A stretch of DNA of 64,000 nucleotides. Origin: the human T2T-CHM13v2.0 reference genome, Homo sapiens. Position 1 is the first letter of the stretch. Each line of letters begins with the position of its first letter. The DNA is taken from NCBI RefSeq assembly GCF_009914755.1, contig NC_060941.1; one strand, written 5' to 3'. The notes under the pieces were generated by a model that did not search any database, was not told the origin of the DNA, and saw only the letters and a program-made list of their open reading frames with translations. Position numbers and translations under genes: made by a program. This document shows positions 1 through 14,186 of the stretch, piece by piece.

Positions 1-1062
1 CCTCCTCATCCTAAGCCCTGCTTCTTGTTGCTTCCTTGCCTGTAACTAGTTGTTAGCTTTCTTTTGGCTCCTAAGAAAAATCACCACTTGTTTATTTGCT
101 TTCCAGCTGCCAAAATGCAGATGTCTCTCATTTCCTGTCAGCTTCTTTTCCAATCTCCTTGACTTGATGGATTTGTACTTTTGAAAAATTCATGTACTGT
201 AGTTTTAAGGAATTTTTGGAAGAGAACAAAGTATTTGTGGTCAACTGCCATGTTCTCTGTTAGATTCTTCAATTTTTCGGTTTCAAGTAACAACTAATAA
301 TTGGTGCTGTTTCTGGAATGGAAACTTATCTGCTCATAGTTGTGAAATTAAGGTCTGTAATTAGATGTGCAAGGAGGCTTCTTAGATTGGAATTTAAAAG
401 AAACATGGCACAAGTCATATTCTTGTTTTCTTTCATGTGCTGCTTTTTAATATGGGTAATAATTCTAGCATGACGTAGAAGTATTTATAGCAATGTTTTT
501 CAAAACTGTGACTTTGTAGTATAGTCAGAACTAATATTTTTAGACAACTTTACCAAGTCTCTTCAAATAGTCTTGGCTTTCGTCTGCTAACCACTTGGTA
601 GAGGGGATGTAGGTCAATGATTGTCACCAAAAAGCAAGGCAGAAAAGATAAAATATATTCACTGACCAAGAATATAGTCTCATCTATTTAGTTGCCAGCA
701 GTTTACAATCAAACATGCTACTTTCCCAATATGGTCCTTGGGAAAATCTTAACAGAGACAAGGATTCTATAGTTAGACCTAAATAGCTTGGTGTTTTAAT
801 TTAAGGGTCTTATTTTGAAAAACTGAATAAGAAATGTAACAGCCCTGCCTGTTCTGGTTGTATCTGGTTGTGATGTGATTGGTTGACAGTATTGCATCAG
901 TTTTCTCATCAAATGCTGCTGGTGCAGAATGTTACTGGTATCTTCTTAGATAAGTAGAAAATAAGCAATTAAGTCAATAAAATCTTGCTATGATATAATA
1001 TTCCCTCATTAAATATTTATCTCTGTAAATATAACATTATCTAAGAAAATACTCCTAGTTCA

Positions 1063-1440
<378 letters not shown>

Positions 1441-1754
1441 TCATTTTATGGATTGAAAACATCTCAAAAAATTGATCAATCTATGTAGTGAGCATAAAAT
1501 AAGAAATTCATTCTTGACTCCCAAACAAAAATCTTCATTTTATACCAATTTCATCTCTTCCTCAGTAGTCTCTGGTATCACAGCCAGATGCATCTTTCTA
1601 ACTCACCACCCTTCACTGACGAGGGGTCCCCTCACAAACCTGCCGTGGTCACCTAGTTACTAATGCACAAACTCTCCGTTTTTCTCTCTGGCTGTGAAGG
1701 CCCTTCATAGCCGAGTCTCCCCAACATTTTCCCCGCCTACTCTCCATGGCCTAC

Positions 1755-2057
1755 TTTTTTCTTTTCTTTTGAGACTGAGTTTCTCTCTTGTTGCCCAGGC
1801 TGAAATGCGATGGCACAGTTTTGGCTCACCACAACCTCTGCCTCCCAGGTTCAAGTGATTCTCCTGCCTGCCTCAGCCTCCTGAGTAGCTGGGATTACAG
1901 GCGACCACCACCATGCCTGACTAATTTTGTATTTTTAGTAGAGAAGGCATTTCACCATGTTGGTCAGGATGGTCTCAAACTCCTGACCTCAGGTGATCCG
2001 CCTGCCTCAGCCTCCCAAAGTGCTGTGATTCCAGGCGTGAGCCACCACCCCCCAGCC
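1755..2057 (-). mobile_element. AluS
   Basis: Full dimer; TSD CTCCATGGCCTACTTT. Confidence 0.95.
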
Positions 2058-2387
2058 TCCATGGCCTACTTTCTATTATGATTGGGATTGCTTTCTTACT
2101 GTCTCACAAGTGTGCCATGCTCACTGTCAAGTCCCTCCCATGCACACATGCTTAATTGCTGCCCCCCCAACCCCCACTTTACTTCCAGTTCATTGTCCCC
2201 CCGCACCCGTGAGGCTTCCCCAAGCAGCTCTGTCTCCATTCTGTTCTCACAGGTGTAATATGCCCACTTTGTAACATAACACCTTTGCACTTACTGTATA
2301 CTGTATATCCTATATTTTTTGCTGATTAGGTCATAAGAGTCTTGCCTTTAAACTAAGTTGGAAATATCCTATGAAGAAAATGTTTGA

Positions 2388-2665
2388 GGTCGGGCGTGGT
2401 GGCTGATGCCTGTAATCCCAGCACTTTGAAGCCCTGGGCGGGTGAATTGCTTGAGCTCAGGAGTTCGAGGCCAGCCTGGGTGACACAGCAAAACCCCCTT
2501 TCTGCAAAAAGTACAAAAATTAGCCAGACATGGTGGCATGTGCCTGTGGTCCCAGCTACTCAAGAGGCTGAGGTGGGACAATCGCTTGAGTCTGGGAGGT
2601 GGAGGATGCAGTGAGCCAAGATCGAGTCACTGCATTCCAGCCTGGGCAACAGGAAAAAATAAATA
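2388..2665 (+). mobile_element. AluJ
   Basis: Diverged dimer. Confidence 0.9.
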
Positions 2666-4337
2666 ACGTCTCTGAGCTTTCTATGACTAAGCAGAATGGG
2701 AAAATCTCTGAACCATAGGTGAGGACTTGGAAACTAGAACTTGTTATGCCACCAACTAGTCCTTCCATTTCTCATCTAAAATTAGAGGTTTGAACCTCTC
2801 ATGATCTCTAAGGTCCTTTCCCTTAAATTTCTGACTCAGACACTATTCCAATGACTTTGTTTGATTTTGTCAGTGGAAGGACTTTCAGGAACACTGTCCC
2901 ATGTTGTTACGGTGTTGGCACAGGGATTGTAGGTGAGCATCAGCAAGCATGGAGGCAGTATGGCAAAGTGGTCAAGAGACAGGCCCAATCCACTTTCCAG
3001 ACCCACCACCTCCTGTGTGACCTTGACCAAATCACCTTCACTCCCTGTACTTTTGACTCATCTTTGAAATGAAGAGATTCCTAATTTTGAAGATGAGCTA
3101 TTTATTTCATATGCAGCACAAGGTCTTGCTTATAGTAGGTGTTGAGTAATGCAGGTGATAGTTGTTAGTGTGAGACTGGTGAGACTTTGAAATATACAAC
3201 AAATATGTACCCATCTTTGAAACACCATTGTGAAGCAGAGTGTTCACAAATCCCAGCTACCTGACAGGCTGAGGGAGAAGGATCGCTTGAGCCCAGGAAT
3301 TCAAGACCAGCATGGACAACACAGCAAGACCTGTTTCAAAAAAATAGTCAAAATTTTTGACTGACTAAATTCTAAAACAGTGCAGTAAAGCTTTCTCATC
3401 ACTCTGTGATTTGTGTATATTTTGAAGTTTCACTTGTCCTTCCTAGAGTTCTCTTTTTCATATTATAGTTGTTTAATGAATTCACATCCAGGTGAAATTC
3501 TATTGGTGTATTCCCGAGGAGTAACCAGATTTCTGGTCGCAGTGAAAGTATTTTTAGATACAGTTTGAAATAAAAGCTCTTATCAACTTTCTTAAAAGTA
3601 ATACATAGATTTTCATTGTACTTTAATCTGTCACTTTAATGTGGAAGTGACTCCTACGGTCACTTCTACATTAAAACAAAAAAACAGAGTTTTATTCATG
3701 ATTACATTTCTCTAACTTGTAAGGTTCAGTTAAAAAGAAGTACAAATGCTGGGTCCGTAGAACTAAGACTGAATTAACCAAGCAGGGGGCCGCTGAGGGA
3801 GGCGTCCTTAGGAATTTAGCAGTACACCATTTCTGATGAAGAGCAAAGTGAAGCTTGGAGTTCTTTCAGCTTCGCACACGAATTTCTGTGTTTTTCCCAG
3901 GTGTCTTAGTACGTAAACTCTTTGTGCCCTCCCCCCAGGTTTTAGTGTGCTTAGCGAAAACTAAAGAAAGTGAAGTATTCGTGGAAGGAATTGACGGAGT
4001 TTGAGTCACCTTTGTCATAGTTTTAAAAAGCTGCACGGTGGAGATTTGTGGGCATCCTTGTTTCCCCATAACTGAGTATTTGACCAGTTGCCTGCTGCTT
4101 TCCCATGGAAGTAAGTGTTATAGTCCTGTACTGTGCTAATGGAAAACTTACGTGTCCATTCCAGTAAACAGAGAGGATTTACAGATAAAATTAAACAATA
4201 GAGGAGCAGAAATGGGAAAGTTTTTAAAGAGTTAAAAGTGGAATTTGTAGCGTTTTTAGCTGTGTAAGAATAGATAAAATGTATATTTATATACTGTTAC
4301 AGTACAAGGCAACGGGCGAAATTAGAGAAGAGACTTA

Positions 4338-4648
<311 letters not shown>

Positions 4649-6091
4649 TGGAAAGAGACTTAGTCTGACAGTTATTTATTTCATTATTCTTTTTCTTTAT
4701 ATAGAATATGCTTCCTAACGAGATGTAAATAGTAGATTAATCTGACTCTTAAAACATTTTGTCATAATTCACCTTTTGATTTACATTAATCTGCAAGCTT
4801 GCTTCTATAGAAAATTGCAACCACACATTTTGCCATTTCTTAGACAAACTAGTGTACTGGCTTCACACTTTTTCACTCTTTTTCCTTTTCTTCCTATATG
4901 AGAATGTTCAGGCAGCAGTGCCACACTCGGCTTGCACAGCTCTGAGAAGGGAAGAAGATGCTAGCCTTTCAGAACGGTGGTTTTGTCATGTGTGTCTTCA
5001 TTTGTTCATTGAGCAGAACATTTGTTGAATGCCTACCAAACATCACATACCCTGCACTGGGGATGGACAATTCATGAGTGAAGTGTTTTGGAATAACCAA
5101 TAAGTAAGTCAGCCACTTCAAGGTATTGTAACAGAGATAAGCATAGAGTGCCACATGGGAAGGACAACTAACCCAGACTATGGATAGGGGACTGCAAGGA
5201 AGCCTTTCTGGTGGAGGTGATATGAGCTGAGTTTCAAGTTAGCTGTGCTGGGCAAAGAAGGTGAAAGGGCGTCGCAGATGGAGTGACCTGCATGCATGAA
5301 AAGCGCAGACCCGCAGTTGTAAAGCCTCTCAGTAAGCGCTGCAGGCTCATTGTGGCGGGGGGCAGTGGGAAGATGTAAGGCTACAGAAGTTGGCTGTTGG
5401 TATTACTAAGTAATAGTAATAAACCAGCATAAAAGCTTCTTTTGGTAATAGAGCCAAATTAAATTCAGATTTAAAGCTCTTCCTCCAAGTTGCTTTTGGA
5501 ACTTGATAGACTAATTCCAAACTTCATCTAGAAGAGCGAATGTACGTGAATAGAAGAGCCAAGAGACTGAAAAAGCATAATGAGCTATCACTTTGAGCTG
5601 TGATCCTCTAGTAATTTTAACAGCGTGTTTCTAGGGCAGGAGTAAACACAGATCCAGGAACTATGATATAAAGAGAGCAGGGGGAAAAACAGATGTATAC
5701 ACGGAAAGTTGCAGATCACTGAGAAAATAGTGGTTCAGATCAATATCGAGTGCTAGAAAGCCATATGCAAGACAAATATAAGAACTACAGAAAGATGACG
5801 TAAGAGAGTATTTTCTAAATCTTGGGATAAAATTTTAATCATAAGCCATGAAAAGAAAGACTGACAAGTTTGAGTGTATAAAAATTTAAAAGTTTTGTAC
5901 ATGAATATGAATAAAATCTGAGAGGACATGTTTACAGTGTAAATAGCAAAAGATAAATATCTCAAAAATACCAAGTGTTCCGACAAATCAAAAGAAAAAC
6001 AGTCCCATAGAAGAATGGGCAAAGAATGTGAACGGGAAGATCATAGAACTACCACAAATGGGTCCTAAGTATGTTGAAAGTATTCCCTTGT

Positions 6092-6458
<367 letters not shown>

Positions 6459-8329
6459 TTACCAAATTGTCAAAACTTTAAATCTTGTTAATATTCCTCT
6501 ATTGTAATAACACAGTACTATGGATTGAGTGCTTATCATTTGCAAGATCCAATTGCTTTACACATATTAACTCATTTAATCTTCTCAAGACCCTGTAATC
6601 ACCGCAGGCGACCAGCGAGAGTGTGGGAAAAGGCGACGCTGGTGTGCTGTTGGTCGGAATGTAAGGAGGCATGTGGCAGGATTTATCAAAATGTTGGGTA
6701 ATATGACGTAGTACATCCTGCAGACACCTAGAGCACAGCTCTTTACTGACGACTGAATGCTCTGCATTTGTCCTCTGCCCAGTGGCATGAATTAATAACA
6801 GGCAAGTTGGAACGTGTCGAGAGGCAGTAGGGACAAAAACAGAGTTGACTGTATTCGTTACAGAACAGGCACAGGTGTAGATAGCATTAGTCTTCCAGTG
6901 ACCAGCAATCTCACTTTATCCTGTGATGATAAAGAGCAGCCTGTGTTTGAGAACCAGTTGAACTTTTGCTAGGCTGCAGGTCCCCACAGAACAGCAATTT
7001 CAAATCTTGCCCCCCCCCCCCACTCCCTACCTCTTACCAGGTCAGCCATCCCCTCTGTTCTTGGTGTCACCTTCTTGCCGTCACCCACGTTGGCCTGGGC
7101 ATTGGGCAGAAGCTTCATTGGTTTTGTAGCGTTATTGATGTCAACAAGTATCCCATTTTAGAAGGTAACCAAGACTTCTAATACTTGCATGCAAAAATAA
7201 GTCCTAGATGCTTTTAATATTCGATAATGCTGATGTTGAAGTGAAATTCAGTCAAGTGAAACCAATTTTGTAATGGGCTGACAATTCTAAATGGAGCTTT
7301 CCAGCGTCCAGCTGACCCTCCTGCCAGTGGTTAATGCTGTGGCTGTTGTCAGGCAGCATCCTGTGGCTGCCATCCCTCGTGGGAAACACAGGCTTGCACA
7401 CAAGGGCATCCAGAGCAGACAGGGCAATAAAGGCCTAGAAATGCCCACTAAGGACTGGGAGAACAACAGAGGGGAGCCTACAACAAGCCCGAGAGGAGGA
7501 GGGCCTGTGGGCATTTCAGCTGTCAAAGGGCTGTCCTGAGAGCCCGCTGCCCCCAGGCAGCCCCAGAGGACAGAGGTGGAACAAGAGTGGCGGAAATGTA
7601 GGGTGGTAGGCAGGGTTTTCAGATTTCTGGAAGAACTTTTATTCCTTCCCCCTTCACTGGCAGTAGCCAAGGAGAGATAGTCAGTTATTGCCAATGGTGG
7701 AAGGGCTTCTGCAAGACAGGTAGGCCAGGGTGCCTCCCAGCCCTGGTTCCAGGTTCTCTTTAGGTAAAGACTGTTATCAGCAAATGAAACATTGGCCTTC
7801 TCATAAAATAATACAGGGGAAACTAGATTTGTAAATTCATGTATTGATTTGGATGGGAGTATATTTAGCCAAATAGCAACAGATCTTAACTGGGAAGATG
7901 AGTATTAGTACGTACAGTGATTTCCAGAGATTCCAAAGAATGCCACCTGATCATGTCAGGTTCAGTGCAGATTATGTTTTGCAAGTCTGCAGGATAGCTC
8001 CAGCTTGAAACACTTGAGAGCTTTTATCTTTAAAAAATAATAATAATAATAAGTTCTTGTGCCAAAGGCAGAACAATGTATTGTTTTGGTGGCTGCTTTG
8101 TACATTTATAAACAGAGGCTTTGATTAATATACGGCAGTGTTTGCTACTTAGATCTTTTTTAGATAGAGGCAGGAAAGTAATTAAGAAGCTGGACACTTG
8201 CCAGTTTACATATGGGGCTCATTTAGAATATTACAGCTAGTGTTGGCATGCCAAATGTTTAGGAGTTGTTTAGAAAAAGGGAGAAAGAAGGAGCGGAAAA
8301 CAAAGGCAGGATGAGAGAGCCGCAGTTTA

Positions 8330-9100
8330 TTCGCCTGCAGCCAATAGGCAAAATGCCGTTATTCTTTTGGCTGACTTTCAAAAACACAGAAGAAAAGTGG
8401 CTGTGATGCTAATTGTAACTGGGTCCTGAAGTGAAAATGTTTGTGACAATCGAAAGAATTTAAAGAGGAAGGAAGATCGGTTTAGTGTCAGCTGCAATTA
8501 GATAATCAAAGCTGTAAAATCCCATCCGTCCATGCCTCCGCCCCTAGTTGAAGGGGATGAGTCGGGTGCCTCCTGGAGTAGAAAGGGCATTGCCCAGCCC
8601 TGCCCGGCTTGCGGCCGCGGGCGCCCGCGGGTGGCCCGGACGCAGACTGGCCCCGGGAGCTTCCTGGCAGCTCCCTGGCAGCTCTACAGGAGGCGGCTCT
8701 CGCTGTACCCAGCCGACATGTTGTAGCGAGAGGCCAGGCGAGCCTCGATGCAGGCGTAGAGGCAGCTGTGCACGCGAGGTGGCGTCTCCTAGGAGGGTTG
8801 GGCGGCACCGTCTGCAGGTATTTCCTCACCCGTCAGCCCCTCGTAGAGCAGGAGAAACGGAACAAACACGGAACAAATAGTGGCTGCTTCTCGCCAGTCC
8901 GTTTGTGACATAACATTCCAGCGTGTGAGTGGTAGCCCGGCGTCCCTAAGCTCTTGGCTGCAATTCAGATTGGATAAAATGGCGTCTTGGAAAAGAGCTG
9001 CTTGCTAAAGATCTGCCGCACGGAGCAGAGACTTACCCATGGCTTTCCCTACTGTGGTTTCTCTCTGCTGGGCTGGCACGGGCAGGCCTTCCCAAATTAG
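8330..9100. promoter_or_regulatory. CpG/GC-rich island-like element, putative internal promoter/alternative first exon
   Basis: Dense CpGs outside repeats (8600-8950); CCAAT at 8341; reverse CCAAT at 8969-8973; YY1-like AAAATGGCG at 8976-8984; sense donor CGT|GTGAGT after 8924. Confidence 0.55.
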
Positions 9101-10351
9101 GAAGCAAGCCTCCTTTGCCCCCAGTTTCCTTCTTTATTTAATAGACTCTTAACCTTGAGGAAGCAATCTCATTTTACTGCCGTTTTGAAGAAAAACACAA
9201 GGCAACAAACTTATTCTTTTGGACACTATTTGTGTTTCCAATAAATCTTGTACTGTGTTCTGCGTTTCATAATTCCTTGTATTTATAGTAGTTGACAGAT
9301 GAAATGTTTGGGAGTCTGTCCAGCAATGGAATTTTGAATTCAAAGTACTTTCTCCCTGAGATCTTTACACCCAGTAAATGCAGTAGAGGGGGAGGCATCT
9401 TTGGTTTTCAAAAGCTGAAGGCTGTTGTAGCATTTATCCTGCCCCTGAAAACCAAGCAGCGAAGGATTTGTGGTATCAGTAAGCCTTAGTAAACGTATAC
9501 TATCAACTGTTGAAAGCATTGCGAACTAGTTTTTATAATACATATTATTTCAGTTAAAAGGACTGTGATGATAAAGAATGAACACATTTACTATTTGTCA
9601 GTGTTAGTACCAGTACAGCATTCTGCACACCTCTGAGTAAATCTTGTCCACACTTTCATATCTGATTAAATCTGATACCTAATTAAAATTTTGCTTACTA
9701 TGGCTTTTGGAAGCTCTTCATTAAATATTTTCCAGGAAAATTTTATCTTTATATGCTAACATTTTGGAATTTAAAGACAAAGGAAAGCTTTTCTCTTTCA
9801 ACCATGCTATTATGTAATCCTTTTTAATTTAATCACTTAAGACAGTTACGTTGCTTAGATTTTTATAGACACCTATTTATAGACTGTAAACCACTTAACA
9901 GCAGAAGAAAAGAGAATTTAACGTTATACATGAGCTTCATTTCTTTTTTCTTTTTAAGGCTTTTTTTAGGGGAAAAATTATTTGATAATAGAATGTTGTG
10001 GTGGGAAGAGCACTAGATTATATTCTGAAAACTCAGATTTCAGTTCATTCCTTACTGTTTATTAGTTACAAACCCTGGCCACTTAGCCTCTCTGAGCCTG
10101 TTTCTTCATCTGTAAAACTGACATTGTTTGTAAGGGTCAGCTAAGCCGACGTGTATGGAAATACTTCAAACTCCGAAATGGTATAAAGTATGTGATGTCT
10201 TGGTTCATTTCAGAGTTTTCATTCATTTCAAAATGGCTGCTCTTAAAATTCGGTCATTTCACAGATTTTTTTTTTTTTTTAACGAAATTTAACCTTTTAG
10301 ACTGCATTTTCATTTTTGGAGTAAATCCTGGTATTCTGATTAAAAGAATAT

Positions 10352-10560
10352 GTGGTGATGGTGGTGATGATGATGGTGCTATTGGTGATGGTGATGATGG
10401 AGTTGGTGATGATGGTGGAGATAACAATGATGGTAGTGGTCATCATGATGCTGGTGGTGATCATGGTGGTGGTGCTGATGGTGGTGGTGGTGGTGTTGGT
10501 GATGACGGTGTTGGTGATGGTCGTAACAGTGGTGATGGTGGTGGTGGTGATGATGAGGAA
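10352..10560 (+). repeat. Imperfect (GGT/GAT)n trinucleotide repeat
   Basis: ~70 GGT/GAT-type triplets; produces spurious G/D-, V/M- and His-rich ORFs. Confidence 0.95.
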
Positions 10561-11124
10561 GAGGAGACATTCAGGGATTTGATAGAACTAAAAGCATATT
10601 TTAATTAGCTCAGTATGCAATACAGTCCCCGGTTTGGGGGTTTTGTATGTATAATTTTCAGAGAGATTCCTAAGCCTACCCTTCAAAAAAGAGCTTATAA
10701 GTAGTAGGTGCTTTTCTCTTTCTCCGTGAACCTGCATTGAATTTTCAGTAAAATTAATTTGTGAAGAGCCAGATCATTTGATGAGGTGGAAGAACCAAGA
10801 AGTAAGGAACAAGAGAGCAGCTGAAGTATGGAAAAAAAGGAAAAAAGAATAGCAGTATGTCTCATAATGGTAGCCAAAGGTGGAATGTCAGCAGCTGCAG
10901 CCTGAAACTTCAGTGGGCTGGGCTGGGCTGGGCACACTCCCTGCTCCTCTCCTGTGACAGAAGATGTACCAGGCCACAGTGTGGCCCCGAGGCTGCAGCC
11001 TATCCCAAGAAGTGCAAGGAGGCTATAGAGGTGGGAGAAAAGAGATGGTTGGTTGGTTGATTGGTTCCTTCTTAAGTAAAATAGCATTGTTCCAAATTGA
11101 CTTCTATAGTAAAACATATTTTTT

Positions 11125-11775
11125 ATAATTTTTTTTATTTCTGTGGGTACATAGAAGGTATATATATTTATGGGTTACATGAGATATTTTGATACAGGCA
11201 TGCAATGTGTAATAATCACATCAGGATAAATGGGGTATCAGTCATCTCAAGTATTTATCCATTGTGTTACAAATAATCCTATTATACTCTTTTATGTATT
11301 TTTTAAATGGACAGTGAAATTATTTTTAGCTATAGTAAGCCTGTTATGCTAGTAATTACTAGGTCTTATTTATTCTTTCTGATTATTTTTTGTACCCATT
11401 AACCCTTCTCCACTTCTCCCCACCCCTCACTCTCGCACTACCCTTCCTAGCCTCTATCTTCGTAAGTTCAATTATGTTCGTTTTTAACTCCCACAAATAA
11501 GTGAGAACATGCAAAGCTTGTCTTCATGTGCCTGGCTTATTTTAATTAACATAGTGACCTCCAGTTCCATCCATGTTGTTGCAAATGACAGGATCTTATT
11601 CTTTTTATGGCTGAACAGTATTCCATTGTGTATATCTGCCATATTTTCTTTATTCATCTGTTTATGGACACATAGGTTGCTTCCAAATCTTGGTTGTTGT
11701 GAGTAGTGCTGCAGCAAACATCGAAGCTCTCTCTTCAATATACTGATCTCCTTTCTTTTGGGTATATACCTAGGA
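11125..11775 (-). mobile_element. L1 3'-end fragment (L1MA/L1PB-like)
   Basis: Typical antisense L1 3' sequence (CCCACAAATAAGTGAGAACATG, TCCATCCATGTTGTTGCAAATGACAGGAT). Confidence 0.85.
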
Positions 11776-12324
11776 TTGAGGTAGTATAACTTATTATCAA
11801 ACCCTATCTATGTTTTCAACATAGATTCATAGTCTCAGTTGTAATTTTTTCTAACTAAAAAAGATTTTGAGCTATCAGTTCCTCTTGTACTAACTTCTCT
11901 GAATAGATAACCCAGTATTTTTGCAAGTAACTTCAGTTAAGTTGGTTGCTAGTCAACATGGCAACCTAAGCTTAATCTTAACTTTACCTTCAAGACTGAA
12001 AATTTAAGCATCATTTATATTACTAGCAAACTGCTTTCAAGTATTGATAAGAATTATTCATTCATTCAATGTATGTTTATTTACTGCTTCTTCTCTGTCA
12101 GATACTCTGCTGAACACTGGCAGTAAAAATAGAGCCAGAATAGGTACGCCTTGCCTTCATGGTGTTTACAGCCTAGAGGGAGAACCAGCCAGTCACACGA
12201 TGACTCACACTAGAATGTGTGCTCCATGAGAGAAAGAAGTCGTTCATCTTGTTTATGGCTGTGTCCCCAGCACAGTAGCTGCATATAGGAGGCACTCAAT
12301 AATAGTTATTGTTTCAATTGAGTT

Positions 12325-12521
12325 GGCAAGCTCTGGGCCCATGAGCCACATCTGGCCCATCACCTATTTTTGGAAATAAAGTTTTGTTGGCACACAGCCA
12401 CACTCATTCTGCTTTTGTGCCACAGCAGCAGAATTGAGTAGTTGTGACAGAGACTATATGGCCCACAAAGCCTAAAGCATTTTGGCTATTAGGCCCTTTA
12501 CAGAAATTGTTTGCCACCCTG
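12325..12521. mobile_element. MER58A-like hAT MITE
   Basis: AATAAAGTTTTGTTGGCACACAGCCAC...GGCCCTTTACAGAAA..GTTTGCC core. Confidence 0.7.
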
Positions 12522-13797
12522 GTTGGTCTAAGTGACTTGAAAGGAAGACTGTTACAATGAATGTATGAGGGAGTCCTAACTAGGGAACAAAAACGTCCCA
12601 AATTAAATGTCCATGGATTTGAGATGGGAAAAAAGAATAGACATTGAGCCCAGGCAGGGGATGGCACCTTTAACAGCCCTGTCTTTGGGAGGGCAGGACA
12701 CAGATGGCACCTCAAGGAACTGTCTGGAGCACAGAGCAGGAGAAAGAATGATATGAATGGCCTCAAAAGAGACCCAACCATTGGTGACCCACTGGGCATT
12801 CATTTGGAAAAGAGCACTGTATGCAGTGTTGAGCACATTATTGTGGGTGGGGCAGTAGGGGGCATGGGAAGAGACCTGTTGGAAAGTTATTTACAGTAAT
12901 CCAGTCAAGACATGAGGGTGCTTGGAACAGGGGCAGTCAGAGGGAAGTTTTATTTCTTGTTTTAATGGAAAAGGTTCTAGAAATACCCAATATGTAAACT
13001 CAACAGGCATGACTTCATCCTTATGGCATCCTATATGGCCATCCTTAGGGCACTTCAGCTATTGGGGATGGATATTGGCCTTTGTAGAAGTGACTTTGCT
13101 TCCTGCCAGTATTGCCCCATTGGTGGTTATTTTGCTGTGGCATAGTTGAGATCTACACCTCAAAGCCCGGGAAGGTCTGAGTAGGCGGCGTCATTGTAGT
13201 GGAAGTGGTTCCCTCAGAAGATGGACGTGCTTGTTCAAAGCAGTCTGGGCTGTACAAGTGCAGCTGATTGGTGACTTCAGCTAGAACTCAGATTGTAGCA
13301 CTATGCATGTATGGTTTTGTTTGCCCAGGAAGCATATATTGTTTGCCTATATGTGGCAAGCATTTTGAATGGAAAACTAAAAAGATATTTGCCACGCCCT
13401 CAAGGAACTCACCTTCAGAAATTAGACACTTAATTCAGGGATCAGATGGGTTTTTAATCAGACTGCTCTGCCGCCTGATTTGTATCACATTTAAACATAA
13501 AAATTAAAAATTTTGAAAATATTTTTTCAATAGAAGAAAGTATATAGAAAATAATATAACTGTGTTCACAATAGAGATTTAACATAATATCATGCCATAT
13601 TTGCTTCAGGGCTCTCTATTTTAAAAATGTTATAGGTATCATCCTCTAACCCCATTCTGGTCCCCATCCCACCCCCAGAGGGAACCACAATTCAAAAATT
13701 GTAGTGTTGTGTCACTTTCATCTACAGTGTGACATTAAAGTGCATTTCTTGATTATTAATGAGGTTGATTATTGTTTCATATGTTAATGGCTTATGA

Positions 13798-14186
<389 letters not shown>

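Noticed and set aside
7287-7694. 135-aa minus ORF / GC-richer block as a hidden exon
   Set aside because: No recognisable homology or convincing splice-site pair.
8072-8085. Inverted SOX sites AACAAT-GT-ATTGTT
   Set aside because: Spacer is shorter than usual dimer spacing; a short AT-rich motif can arise by chance.
8506-8908. Overlapping 64-110 aa ORFs in the CpG element as a coding exon
   Set aside because: High GC explains the open frames; both candidate donors (8817, 8924) leave in-frame stops before the TNRC6C frame.
10192-10608. Gly/Asp-, Val/Met- and His-rich ORFs
   Set aside because: Products of the (GGT/GAT)n repeat; no convincing splice sites or place in the TNRC6C frame.
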